This document shows positions 45,410 to 54,625 of a stretch of 56,562 nt of DNA, in pieces. A program made the position numbers and the translations under genes. Numbering within the stretch: position 1 is the first letter of the stretch; each line of letters begins with the position of its first letter. The notes under the pieces are model-generated. The model was not told where the DNA came from. It ran no database searches and worked only from the letters and a program-made list of their open reading frames with translations. Source of the DNA: an uncultured Nitrospirales bacterium (GTDB taxonomy: Bacteria > UBA10199 > JADGCS01); contig CAZGMS010000101.1 of NCBI GenBank assembly GCA_964526915.1, positions 1 through 56,562 on the forward strand, in the 5' to 3' direction.

Positions 45410-46522
45410 ATGAAAATCATTTGCAGTGTATTGATTGTTTGTCTTGTTGTTTTTGTTTCTTGCGGGCTACAAAGGAGGGAGCATGACCTGGCTTCGGAAA
45501 AACAATTTTACATTTTGAGCGTGTCTCCAACTGAGGGTTCTAAAATAACGGGAGAAACCACAATATCGCTCAATTTCTCGGAGCCCGTATGGGAAACAAC
45601 GATCGCCCGAGATAGTCTTTTTGTCATCACAAAAAGTCAGTATGAAGTTTACACAAATCAGGATTGGAATGACTTATATGAGGCGGTGACGGACGGTGAT
45701 GTGCAGATCATCGAGAGCCAAATGACGATTGCGGATGATTTGAGGAGTGTTCACCTGGCAATCAATTTTGATCAGATTATATCTGATGAATACGTTGTTG
45801 TCGCTTTGCCAAAAATTCAATCCCAAACTTATTATCCGTTAAACCAGGCGGGCCTGTTATCGGGGAGCGGTCTTTTTTCTGCTCATTATCTGGTGGTCGT
45901 GAATGATGACGCATCACTGTCTGAAAATGAAGTTGATCCTGACGCGAATGCCCCGACTTCTTATCCGGATGTGCCCACAACTTATCCTGAGTCTGACGAT
46001 ACAGAAGAAGAATCAGATCAGATCACAGAAACGTTTGATTGGAACAGAGTCCTCATTACCGAAGTGGTGACTGACCCGCAACAGGACCACAATGACTCAG
46101 AGGGAGGTAACGGGGTTCTCTTTGACGATGAACCTGGCTCAGGCACTGTGGGCAGTACGGATGAATACATAGAGATATTCAATGGAACAGAGGAAAGTCT
46201 GGATGTGAGCAAGTGGTCCCTGAACATGATTGATGGAACAGATGTGTTACAGACTTTGGATAGTACATTGTGGGATACTCATTCGAGTCTGGATGACATT
46301 CCTTTGGAATTTTTACCCGGCGAGCTTGTTGTTTTTGGCAATCCCGATGGAGCGATTAACAACACATTGACCTTGGAACTGCTTGATGAAGCGGGAAATG
46401 TTGTGGACGCGGTCGACATTGAGGACGCCAACGCAGACAGCACCGAAAATGAAGCGTATCTTCGAGAAACCGGGGGAACGTGGGTACAGGGAGAAGCGAG
46501 CCCAGGCTATTTTTTAGAATGA
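45410..46522 (+). CDS. Lipoprotein with an N-terminal Ig-like (SbsA-type) region and a C-terminal lamin-tail-domain (LTD)-like module
   Basis: Lipobox VFVSCG. LITEVVTDPQQDHN...DEYIEIFNGTEESLDVSKWSL resembles the LTD pattern. GAGGAGG RBS. Confidence 0.6.
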   Translation: MKIICSVLIVCLVVFVSCGLQRREHDLASEKQFYILSVSPTEGSKITGETTISLNFSEPVWETTIARDSLFVITKSQYEVYTNQDWNDLYEAVTDGDVQIIESQMTIADDLRSVHLAINFDQIISDEYVVVALPKIQSQTYYPLNQAGLLSGSGLFSAHYLVVVNDDASLSENEVDPDANAPTSYPDVPTTYPESDDTEEESDQITETFDWNRVLITEVVTDPQQDHNDSEGGNGVLFDDEPGSGTVGSTDEYIEIFNGTEESLDVSKWSLNMIDGTDVLQTLDSTLWDTHSSLDDIPLEFLPGELVVFGNPDGAINNTLTLELLDEAGNVVDAVDIEDANADSTENEAYLRETGGTWVQGEASPGYFLE

Positions 46523-46836
46523 GCACTCAGCTCGGTTCCGGTCTTTTTTAGAAAGCGGACCTTTGAACCATCCTTGAGGGTCTTGATGCCGACCTTGCTG
46601 GGTATTTTTTTGGTGGGGTCAACGACCATCAGATTCGAAACATGAATCGAGGATTCAATTTCGATGATACCACCAGTCGGGTTTTTCTGACTAGCCTTTG
46701 AATGCTTTTTGACCAGATTCACTTTTTCGATATAAGCGCGGGTGCGGTCATCGTTAAAGCGTAAAAGTTTGCCTTGTTTGCCTCGGCTCACGCCGGAAAT
46801 CACTTCGACAATGTCATCTTTTCTTAATCGTTCCAT
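46507..46836 (-). CDS. rplX: 50S ribosomal protein L24
   Basis: KOW motif DIVEVISGVSRGKQGKLL and the canonical C-terminal half NPTGGIIEIESSIHVSNLMVVDP. GAGG lies 6 nt upstream of ATG 46836. Confidence 0.8.
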   Translation of the reverse strand: MERLRKDDIVEVISGVSRGKQGKLLRFNDDRTRAYIEKVNLVKKHSKASQKNPTGGIIEIESSIHVSNLMVVDPTKKIPSKVGIKTLKDGSKVRFLKKTGTELSAHSKK

Positions 46837-46844
46837 AATAAACC

Positions 46845-47129
46845 TCAATGTAAGCCCTTGCTGATAAGAATCTTTCTAACACGTTGCAAATTTGCTGAAA
46901 GTTTTTCTGGGTTTGCTTTGACTAAATAACGCGACAAGCCACCATGTTTGTCGACTGTTCGCAAACCGCGTGAGCTGATTCTGATTTTGACCCTTTGGCC
47001 CAATTCAGGAATCAAAAAACGCCTCTCCTGAATGTTGGGTTGTTGATAGTGTTTTGTTTTATTGTTGGCGTGTGATACCCTGTTGACCTTGTAACGCCGA
47101 ACACCAGTGACTTCACATACATTTGACAT
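46845..47129 (-). CDS. rpmB: 50S ribosomal protein L28 (form without a Cys-cluster)
   Basis: MSNVCEVTGVRRYKVNRVSHANNKTKHYQQPNIQ is the canonical L28 N-terminus. AGGAG RBS. Confidence 0.88.
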   Translation of the reverse strand: MSNVCEVTGVRRYKVNRVSHANNKTKHYQQPNIQERRFLIPELGQRVKIRISSRGLRTVDKHGGLSRYLVKANPEKLSANLQRVRKILISKGLH

Positions 47130-47170
47130 AACGAACTCCTTGTTTCACCACATAAATTTATCAGCCGTTT

Positions 47171-47428
47171 TTATGATGCCGCTACGACTGCTTCTTTTTT
47201 CTCTTCTGCTTTGGGTTCTTCCGTCTTGGGCTGCTCAGCCTTTACCAGCTTCAGGCTCAGAACATGAAAGCTTCCATGTAAAGATTTTGTTTTGGTTTTT
47301 TGTTTTTTCAAGTTCTCAAGAACGACGCGATCATTTTTTTTATCGATGGAAACGATCTTGGATTTTTGACCGGAAAATTTTCCTTTGATGACCTCGACAA
47401 CGTCCCCAATTTTGATTCCCAACTTCAT
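47171..47428 (-). CDS. Small KOW-domain protein (truncated L24-like paralogue with a K/E-rich tail)
   Basis: IKIGDVVEVIKGKFSGQKSKIVSIDKKNDRVVLEN matches the L24 N-terminal KOW region. The GGI...PIH.SNV half is missing. AGGTG RBS. Confidence 0.6.
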   Translation of the reverse strand: MKLGIKIGDVVEVIKGKFSGQKSKIVSIDKKNDRVVLENLKKQKTKTKSLHGSFHVLSLKLVKAEQPKTEEPKAEEKKEAVVAAS

Positions 47429-47613
47429 AAATTCACCTGCAATATAAGGGTTAAAAAGCGAGGCGTGTCACTAGCAATAATAAGATTCAGAGGCAAGAAA
47501 AATGTGAAACACCCGTCTCAGCACCTGTCTCAGGCAAGAAATAATGGGACTGAGGATTTGTGAATGTGTTTTGTAACTTTATGATATTTAAGAATAATAA
47601 TAAAAATGAATTC

Positions 47614-47629
47614 TGGCATGGTTTGTGCT
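47614..47629 (+). promoter_or_regulatory. Sigma-54-like promoter element TGGCATGGTTTGTGCT
   Basis: GG and GC are in the correct register. There are two mismatches to consensus. It lies 35 nt upstream of ATG 47664. Confidence 0.35.
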
Positions 47630-47663
47630 GAGGATAGAGCAGATAACCTTTACAGGAGATTTT

Positions 47664-49064
47664 ATGAATCAAACAATCAATCAATACACATGTCAGCCCA
47701 CAGATGAAAATTATATCCAGACAAACCCCGTTTCCCAAAATACCGATCCCAATCCCAGGTCTGTCATTTCGGCCGCGGTTGACGAAGAATCAAAGGCCAA
47801 GGTCGACCAGGCCTTGATCGACCCTGAATTCGAAAAGCAGTTGGTGAGTCAATTGGAGGAAACCAATTTACAGGCCGAGGCAAAAAATAAGGACTCTTTC
47901 ATTGCAGATGAACTTGAACAGTTAGGCGAAAAAGATTCAATGGGGGTCAGTCTCAAGGCCAAAGTGACGATGGGAGTCAAGACTGTGGAGGGACAGGTTT
48001 CGTGTCAGGTTGTGAAAACCAACGATGGATACGAAATGACCATTGCAGGCAAGGTGGGGCTTGGCCTTTCCGCGGAGCTTGCAAAGGGAAAGGGTCGTTT
48101 TAAGGTACAGATGGGTGCCTCTGTCTCGGTTGCTGGCGAAAAGGCCATCACATTGACATTCCCCAACGCCCAGGAAGTCGACAAGGCCATCAAGCTCGCG
48201 GGTAAGGTTGCCATCACACAAGCGGCGATTGCCGTGACTGCCACGATGCCACCCGTGTCGTACCTTATCGCCACCAAGGGGTCGCGAGCGCCTGTTATTG
48301 GCAAGTATCTGGTTGATGTTAACAACATCCCCAAAGTTGATTGCAAACTCAAAAGCATTGAGCTGACCGACAGTCTGACTGTTCAGGGCAATATAGGTGG
48401 TGAAATCGCTTTTCCCGTTAAGGGACTGGAAACGCTCGCCAAAGGACATGGCGGAGCGAGTGTTTCCGGCGATATCAAGGCAGGTGCCAAAATAGAATTT
48501 GATGATCAGGGTAATCCCACACTGGTTTTGCGGGCAGGGGCGGGGGTTCAGACGGCGGTCGAGGGCAAGGGGGGTATCGGGAAGTACAATCGTCTCGTGT
48601 CATCCAACCGCAACGATACGTCGCGCACCAATGTGTGGATTGAAAACCGTTATCCCATCGACAAATCCGCCCTCGCCGATTTTACCTCCGATCCCGTTGG
48701 CTCTGTCAAAAAACTTGTCAAAGAGGCTAGTGTCAACAAAGAAACCGTTGTGACTATTTCGTCAGCAACAGATGATTTGGGTAAAAATACAGGGACGCAA
48801 CAAGCGCTCGTGATCAGACCAGTAAAGGTTGGTGATGTGTTTGGGGGAGAGGTCATCGAAAAAATTGTCTCCGGGGATCTCGAAGGTGTCAAACAATCGT
48901 TGGACGAAAAAAAGATTTCCAATGAATATCAAACAGAAGATTACGAAGTTTGCGGCGATAATCTCAAAGGCGAGGCCGGTGTGCCCACGAAACTCAAGGT
49001 CGAGGTGGGCGTGGCGTATGGGCACAAAGACGTGGGGGGCAATAATGGTTTGTGTGCGCAATGA
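47664..49064 (+). CDS. Hypothetical 466-aa G/V/K-rich protein with internal repeats
   Basis: AGGAG RBS before ATG 47664. No signal peptide. Related segments: GKVGLGLSAELAKGKGRFKVQMGASVSVAG and GNIGGEIAFPVKGLETLAKGHGGASVSGD. Confidence 0.6.
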   Translation: MNQTINQYTCQPTDENYIQTNPVSQNTDPNPRSVISAAVDEESKAKVDQALIDPEFEKQLVSQLEETNLQAEAKNKDSFIADELEQLGEKDSMGVSLKAKVTMGVKTVEGQVSCQVVKTNDGYEMTIAGKVGLGLSAELAKGKGRFKVQMGASVSVAGEKAITLTFPNAQEVDKAIKLAGKVAITQAAIAVTATMPPVSYLIATKGSRAPVIGKYLVDVNNIPKVDCKLKSIELTDSLTVQGNIGGEIAFPVKGLETLAKGHGGASVSGDIKAGAKIEFDDQGNPTLVLRAGAGVQTAVEGKGGIGKYNRLVSSNRNDTSRTNVWIENRYPIDKSALADFTSDPVGSVKKLVKEASVNKETVVTISSATDDLGKNTGTQQALVIRPVKVGDVFGGEVIEKIVSGDLEGVKQSLDEKKISNEYQTEDYEVCGDNLKGEAGVPTKLKVEVGVAYGHKDVGGNNGLCAQ

Positions 49065-49081
49065 GCTGTGTTGAATTTCCA

Positions 49082-50632
49082 TCACTGCTTGTGCAGGTCC
49101 TTGTGCATGATCTGGCGGGTGGCCTCGAGCCGCTGGTCCGCTGTGAGATTGGCAAAACGCTCGTTGATGTTTTTGTCGTTTTCCAGTTTGAGTTTTTTGT
49201 ATACGTAGTCAAGGATCTCATCGGGGAATAATCCATCCGTTTGGTAAAAAGCCTTGTCGTTTATGAGGGCATCGGCGGACCCGTCACAACTCACGGGCAG
49301 GCGTTCGAGCTCCTCAAGACGGTTGCTCTTTTCCTTAAAAATGTTTTTGGTGACATACAGACTTTCCGCCAGTTTTAAACTATGGGGATCCTCCAGCCCG
49401 CTCTTGACGGCGAGCGTGAGCCCCGCGAGTAATAAATTCACGTGCGCGGAGCCATCCGGACTACGAAACTCAACGGTTTGACGGGAACGCCCCCGCGCAT
49501 CAAAGGATTCCTGCTGGGTCGGGTTGACGGCTTTGGCCATGTCACATTGGTGTCGCCAGCCAAGGGGCACTCTGATTAAAGCAGAACGATTCTGTTCTGA
49601 CCAGCAGATGCGCGTGGGGGCTTCCTGATTGGGTACAAGGCGCAGGTACGCGCTGGATACGGTGTTGCCAAACGCGGTCAGGCTGGGCGCGTGTTGACAC
49701 AACCCCGCGATCATTTTTTTGCACTCAGGACTGAGCTCGCCATTCGTATCGACCATCACATTTTTGCCGTTTTTCACCAGTTCCAGATGAAAATGCAGGC
49801 CGTTACCCGCGTAGCCTTCCTCGAGTTTTGGCGTAAACGTGACCCCGCAGTTCCACTGATAAGCGATGTTGCGGATGACCCACTTGGTGAGTGTGATGTA
49901 GTCGCCCATGTCCTCGATGGGTCGTGGTAAAAATTCAATTTCGTATTGCTCGCAACGCTTGCCCGCCAGTTCAGGATCCTTTGATTTTAAGGATTCAATG
50001 TAGCCCACTTCCGAGTGCGCGTATTTGACGGCACCCGTGAGGCCAGAGACCACATCGAGCATCTCGTCAATCATCTCGTCGGATTTGATGAAGGGGGCAG
50101 ATTGGTGGTACCCTCGTTGTTCAAGCCCCGCGAACAGGGAATTTTTTTTGTCGTACAGAATGTAAAATTCCACTTCGCCCAGGGCATTGAGGGAATAACC
50201 CGTTGCTTTCTTCAAAAGGTTGTGTGCCTTGAATAAAATGTTGTCAGGGGCAAACGAAGCCAGGGCACCTTCGTTATCCATAAAGCGGCACATGATGCCC
50301 AGAGTGTGATCCTCAAAGGGAGAGAGAAAGGCTGTTTGGTAATTGGGCACAACGTACAGATCGCTGTGGGCCGCGTCCAGAATACCCTTGAAAATACTGC
50401 TCCCATCGATGCGCTCACCCTGGGCCAGAATCATATCGGCATAAGCCAGATCGTTGATGGGAACCTTGATGCCCTTTAATTTGCCATCGAGCCCGGTGTA
50501 ATGCAGATTCAGCTGTTTGATACTCTCATCCTTGATGATTGTGAGGAGATCGCTGCGTTGAAAGTCCTGGGGGGGCTTGTTCAAAATGGTTGAGAGTGGC
50601 CTGATACGGTATTTTTCTCGTGAGTTTTGCAT
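49082..50632 (-). CDS. Glutamine synthetase family protein
   Basis: GS catalytic-domain blocks GYAGNGLHFHLEL, ICWSEQNRSALIRVP and VEFRSPDGSAHVNLLLAGL. The start is uncertain (ATG 50632 or TTG 50668). Confidence 0.75.
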   Translation of the reverse strand: MQNSREKYRIRPLSTILNKPPQDFQRSDLLTIIKDESIKQLNLHYTGLDGKLKGIKVPINDLAYADMILAQGERIDGSSIFKGILDAAHSDLYVVPNYQTAFLSPFEDHTLGIMCRFMDNEGALASFAPDNILFKAHNLLKKATGYSLNALGEVEFYILYDKKNSLFAGLEQRGYHQSAPFIKSDEMIDEMLDVVSGLTGAVKYAHSEVGYIESLKSKDPELAGKRCEQYEIEFLPRPIEDMGDYITLTKWVIRNIAYQWNCGVTFTPKLEEGYAGNGLHFHLELVKNGKNVMVDTNGELSPECKKMIAGLCQHAPSLTAFGNTVSSAYLRLVPNQEAPTRICWSEQNRSALIRVPLGWRHQCDMAKAVNPTQQESFDARGRSRQTVEFRSPDGSAHVNLLLAGLTLAVKSGLEDPHSLKLAESLYVTKNIFKEKSNRLEELERLPVSCDGSADALINDKAFYQTDGLFPDEILDYVYKKLKLENDKNINERFANLTADQRLEATRQIMHKDLHKQ

Positions 50633-50710
50633 GGGGGGAGCTTTAATGGCAAACAAACAACAGGTCAACAGGGGATGGTTTTTTTCAAATCACGTGTTAA
50701 CCGTTGCAAA

Positions 50711-50805
50711 ACTTTAGAATTTTCAGCGAATTATAAAGTGAGAGCTTGGAAGCTTCTCTATCACATCCCAATCGTTACACCCGCCAGCGTTCTGAAGAGT
50801 GGTGT
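50711..50805. repeat. Copy A of a ~95-bp diverged direct repeat flanking the ATPase gene
   Basis: ACTTTAGAATTTTCAGCGAATTATAAAG...CATCACATCCCAATCGTTACACCCGCCAGCGTTCTGAAGAGTGGTGT aligns with 52227..52321 at about 80% identity by eye. Confidence 0.85.
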
Positions 50806-50820
50806 TTCGGTGATACGATG

Positions 50821-52173
50821 TCAGCCTGTTGCAAGCAAAAACAGGGGACACGATTTCAAATGAACATCTCCCCAGCTGTTTTTGCTGAAAACAATGTTTT
50901 GGGTCCCGAGTGCCTGGGCCCGCGCCAATAAATACGCAAATTTTCTGGCATCGATGATTTGTGTGTATTTGCACTCGATCAACAGCTTTTTTTCTGGAAA
51001 ATAAAAATCAATTTCTTCTCTGCTCTCCTTGCCTTTTTCAACGTAAAGATTTTCTTCCAATTTTCTCAGCTGGTTGAAGGCATACGTTTCGGCGACATGT
51101 CCCACGTATTCCCTGTTTTCGAGCGATGTGTCAGGAACCATCGCAAACATGAAGCAGGGGCTGGCAACATAAACTTTTCTGGTGGATTTGATTTCGCGAC
51201 GGATTTTTTTGTCGAACTTGGACAGAAAATGAACCAGATGACTTTTTTTGAAAATCTCGAGATGTTTTTTTATCGAGACAAGCGACAAACCAGTTTCTGG
51301 CGCCAATTTTGAAAGCTCCATGAAACCAGAACTTTCTTTGCAGCAAACCTGAAACATCCGCTGATCCACGATGGTGTTTTTAATCTGAAAGTATTTTTTT
51401 AGGTCTCGCTTGATGACTTTGTTGATGATGGATTCTCTGATGAAACGATGAATGTCTTTTATGTTGTGATTTGTTTTAAACATCAGTGCTGTTTCAGGAA
51501 ATCCACCGACACACAAAAAATTTTCAAAGGTTTTGATGGTGTTGTCTTCCACATCAAACGGAGTGATCTTCAGCAAGTCATCAAGTGACTCTGCAAAGGG
51601 GGGCTTGATTGGCGAATCAATGATAGCCAGATATTCCTGAAAATCGAGGCATTCCAATTCAAAATCGAGTGATCTGCCGGCCAGAGATTCGGCCCCCTCT
51701 TTTAAATAGAGCGATGAAGAACCAGTCAGCACGAATTTGATATTTTCATTGATGTCATAATATTTTTTGATGACACTTTGCCAGTTATCGACATTCTGGA
51801 TTTCGTCCAAGGCAATGATGGTTTTTTTGTTCAGCAAGGCGGGTTGAGTTTGTAGAATTCGATGAAAATACAAATGCAACAAATCGATCAATTCTTGTGA
51901 TGGCAAAAGATCCAGATCATCTTCTTTTTCAAATGTATATTTCAGAAGTTGTGTTTGGGAGATTTCTGGGAATTGCTCGAAAAAAGCATCCACATATTGA
52001 CTTTGTAGAACAGATTTTCCTGTGCGACGCAGTCCTTGGATTGTGATGATGTAGCGGTCCCCAATTGTTTGGGCTAATTTTTTGAAAAGTTTTCGTTTTA
52101 TTGAATGAGGATTTTTTGGCAAATCTCCGGTTTGCCAATGAGAATTATAAAAAAATAGATCAGCCAACTCCAC
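50821..52173 (-). CDS. AAA+ ATPase of the AAA_14/DUF4143 type
   Basis: Walker A-like GLRRTGKS, Walker B-like IIALDEIQ. The length and C-terminal region are typical of DUF4143 proteins. GTG start with AGGGGG RBS. Confidence 0.7.
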   Translation of the reverse strand: MELADLFFYNSHWQTGDLPKNPHSIKRKLFKKLAQTIGDRYIITIQGLRRTGKSVLQSQYVDAFFEQFPEISQTQLLKYTFEKEDDLDLLPSQELIDLLHLYFHRILQTQPALLNKKTIIALDEIQNVDNWQSVIKKYYDINENIKFVLTGSSSLYLKEGAESLAGRSLDFELECLDFQEYLAIIDSPIKPPFAESLDDLLKITPFDVEDNTIKTFENFLCVGGFPETALMFKTNHNIKDIHRFIRESIINKVIKRDLKKYFQIKNTIVDQRMFQVCCKESSGFMELSKLAPETGLSLVSIKKHLEIFKKSHLVHFLSKFDKKIRREIKSTRKVYVASPCFMFAMVPDTSLENREYVGHVAETYAFNQLRKLEENLYVEKGKESREEIDFYFPEKKLLIECKYTQIIDARKFAYLLARAQALGTQNIVFSKNSWGDVHLKSCPLFLLATG

Positions 52174-52226
52174 ATAACCCCCTAATATTATTATTTATTA
52201 GCGCCACATAGAATATATAATACAGC

Positions 52227-52321
52227 ACTTTAGAATTTTCTGCAAATTATAAAGCACAACTTTAGATTTCTCTCCATCACATTCCAATCGTCATCCCCGC
52301 CAACGTTCTGAAGAGAGGTGT
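52227..52321. repeat. Copy B of the ~95-bp direct repeat; it includes the 3' end of the small ORF 52277..
   Basis: See 50711..50805. On the minus strand, both copies contain a coding tail (TPLFRTLAG[M/V]TIGM-stop) followed by a TATAAT-containing stretch. Confidence 0.85.
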
Positions 52322-52405
52322 GCCCGCGCCGCGGATCAGTGCCAGCCCACCGTTGAGATTGAACGCGATGGGAAGATTTTTGAGTTTGGCGTTGAGTCCG
52401 AGCAT
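52277..52405 (-). other. Small ORF or 3' gene remnant ending ...NLNGGLALIRGAGTPLFRTLAGMTIGM
   Basis: In-frame ATG at 52405 (MLGLNAK...) without a good RBS. The upstream part of the tracked ORF is AT-rich and promoter-like. Identity unknown. Confidence 0.25.
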
Positions 52406-52678
52406 TGCTTCAACCGGAGTGGTCACTTTTTCTGTGAGCGGTTTAGCATGGTAAGGATAATAGGCCTCTATAATTTTATTATAACAACTGTAGATAAAAT
52501 CAATTTGTATAATAATGATTTGTCTTAGGAATGAAAGGTGTTTTGTGCAGGCGTCATGACGCTGTGCGTTCAAGTGGGGATGAAGGATAATCAAACAAAG
52601 AATTGATTGCCAAAAACTGATATGGTACCGGTCTTCACCTTTTTGTTTTCCTGCTATTGTTTTTCAAGGAGAGTTTGC

Positions 52679-53623
52679 ATGACACAAAAATTGGCGACAT
52701 TTTTGAAATTGCTGGTGTTGTGTTCTTTGTCTTGCCTGACCTTGATGGCCTGTACCCCCAAACGTATCGCCTCGCACCTGACCGCGCAAATCATGACCAA
52801 AGGCGCCCCCAAGTACGAAATGGAGAGCGACATCGAAGTGGCCAGTGACGCGGCAATGACTCTCATCAAGATCATGGAGGTGTTCCAGCACGACAACCCC
52901 AAAAATTCAGATTTCAACACCCTGCTGGCACGTTCGTACGCCAATTATTGCATGGGTTTTTTGGAATTTGATCTGCTCAGATACAAGGACGTCGATGATG
53001 TTCTGTATCAAAAATACCTCAAACGGACGAAATTGTTTTATGAACGCGGCAAGGATTATGGGCTGGGTGCGCTCAAAACGAACAGTGGTTTCAAGAAGGC
53101 TCTGACCCGGGATATGGACAGATTCAATCGGGTCTTGGCGGGTATGGGGCAGGATAGGGTGCCCGAGCTGTTTTGGACGGCCATGGATTGGGGCGGGTTC
53201 ATCAATTTGAGCAAGGACTCGCCATTGGCCGTTGCCATGTTTCCCAAGGTAGAGGCGATGATGCGGCGGGTGCTGGAACTTGACTCTGGTTATTACTATG
53301 GAGTGCCCTATGTGTTTTTTGGGGTATCGTATGGATCGCGTCCGGCAATGTTTGGTGGGAATTTGCCCAAGGCCAAGGATTATTTTGAAAAGGCGTTGAG
53401 CCAATATCAACGTAAATTTCTCATGGCGCACATCTATTATGCCCTCTTTTACGCGCTTCCCATCAAAGATCAGGTTTTGTATAAAAAATTGCTGGACGAG
53501 GTTTTAGAAACCCCTGCCGATGTATTGCCTCAAGCCCGTTTGGCCAATGAGATGGCCAAGGTGAGGGCAGAGTGGATGCTGGACGAAAAGAACATGAAGA
53601 GACTTTTTGAAAGTGTGGAATAA
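52679..53623 (+). CDS. TRAP-transporter-associated TPR lipoprotein (TatT family)
   Basis: Lipobox LTLMACT. The helical-repeat protein sits directly upstream of the TRAP genes. C-terminal ARLANEMAKVRAEWML resembles TatT-family proteins. AGGAG RBS before ATG 52679. Confidence 0.65.
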   Translation: MTQKLATFLKLLVLCSLSCLTLMACTPKRIASHLTAQIMTKGAPKYEMESDIEVASDAAMTLIKIMEVFQHDNPKNSDFNTLLARSYANYCMGFLEFDLLRYKDVDDVLYQKYLKRTKLFYERGKDYGLGALKTNSGFKKALTRDMDRFNRVLAGMGQDRVPELFWTAMDWGGFINLSKDSPLAVAMFPKVEAMMRRVLELDSGYYYGVPYVFFGVSYGSRPAMFGGNLPKAKDYFEKALSQYQRKFLMAHIYYALFYALPIKDQVLYKKLLDEVLETPADVLPQARLANEMAKVRAEWMLDEKNMKRLFESVE

Positions 53624-53641
53624 TCAATAAGGAGTGATGAT

Positions 53642-54625
53642 ATGTTTAAAAAAACAATTGGCGTATTGGTGTTTTCATTGGTGTTGTTGCTGGCTTCCTC
53701 GCAGGCCCAGGCGGTCGAACTCAAACTGGCGACTTTGGCCCCGCAAGGGACTTCGTTGTATAATTCGTTCGAATCCCTGGCCAAGGATATCTCGACAAAA
53801 ACCGGTGGTCGTGTGACGGTCAAGGTTTTTGGTGGTGGAGTGCAGGGTGATGAAAAAGATGTGGTTCGTAAAATGCGTTATGGACAGATTGACATTGCGG
53901 CCTTGACGGGTGTGGGACTTGGCATGATTGACCCGCAAGTCCGTGTGCTCGAACTGCCGTTCCTGTTCGGTTCGACGGCTGAGGTCGATAAGGTTTATGC
54001 CGGTATGGAGGATTATTTCAAGAAGGCTTTTTTGGCCAAGGGCTTTGAGCTTCTGGGTTGGGCGGAGATTGGTTTTGTCAAGATTTTCACAAACAAGCCC
54101 ATACAGAAAAAAGATGATCTGAAGGGGATCAAAATGTGGATGTGGGAAGGAGACCCCTTGGCCAAAGCCATGTACGACGCGATGGGTGTGACCCCTGTGC
54201 CTTTGGCGGTGACCGATGTGCTCACATCGTTGCAGACCAATCTCATTGATGCCTGTTATGCCCCGGAGTTCAGTGCGATTGGCATGCAGTGGCACACCAA
54301 AACAAAGTTCATGACAGATGTGAACCTGGTTAACGGCACGGGCGGGATCATTGTCACCAATCAGTCCTGGCAGAAAATTCCGGCAGGCGATAGAGCGATG
54401 ATTCAGCAATTGGTTCATGCCGCCGCGAGAAAGATTGTCGAACAGACACGTGTTGATAACGCCTCTGCCAAGGTCGCGGTACAGAGTTCAGGTATTAAGG
54501 TTGTCAACATTGATTCTGCGGCCCTTGTCGAGTTGCAGGAGATTGGCAAGACCGTTCGAGAACAGTTGACGGGGTCTCTTTATTCGGCAGAGTTGTTGAC
54601 TAAGGTGTTGGCGTTATTGAAATGA
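53642..54625 (+). CDS. TRAP transporter substrate-binding protein (DctP family)
   Basis: Signal peptide followed by the DctP-type fold pattern (KLATLAPQGTS..., GQIDIAAL, ELPFLF). Confidence 0.85.
   Translation: MFKKTIGVLVFSLVLLLASSQAQAVELKLATLAPQGTSLYNSFESLAKDISTKTGGRVTVKVFGGGVQGDEKDVVRKMRYGQIDIAALTGVGLGMIDPQVRVLELPFLFGSTAEVDKVYAGMEDYFKKAFLAKGFELLGWAEIGFVKIFTNKPIQKKDDLKGIKMWMWEGDPLAKAMYDAMGVTPVPLAVTDVLTSLQTNLIDACYAPEFSAIGMQWHTKTKFMTDVNLVNGTGGIIVTNQSWQKIPAGDRAMIQQLVHAAARKIVEQTRVDNASAKVAVQSSGIKVVNIDSAALVELQEIGKTVREQLTGSLYSAELLTKVLALLK

Noticed and set aside
47171-47428. The 85-aa KOW protein as a NusG/RfaH-type factor.
   Set aside because: It has no NGN domain. Its KOW region aligns by eye with the L24 N-terminus, and its position next to rplX and rpmB favours an L24-derived paralogue.
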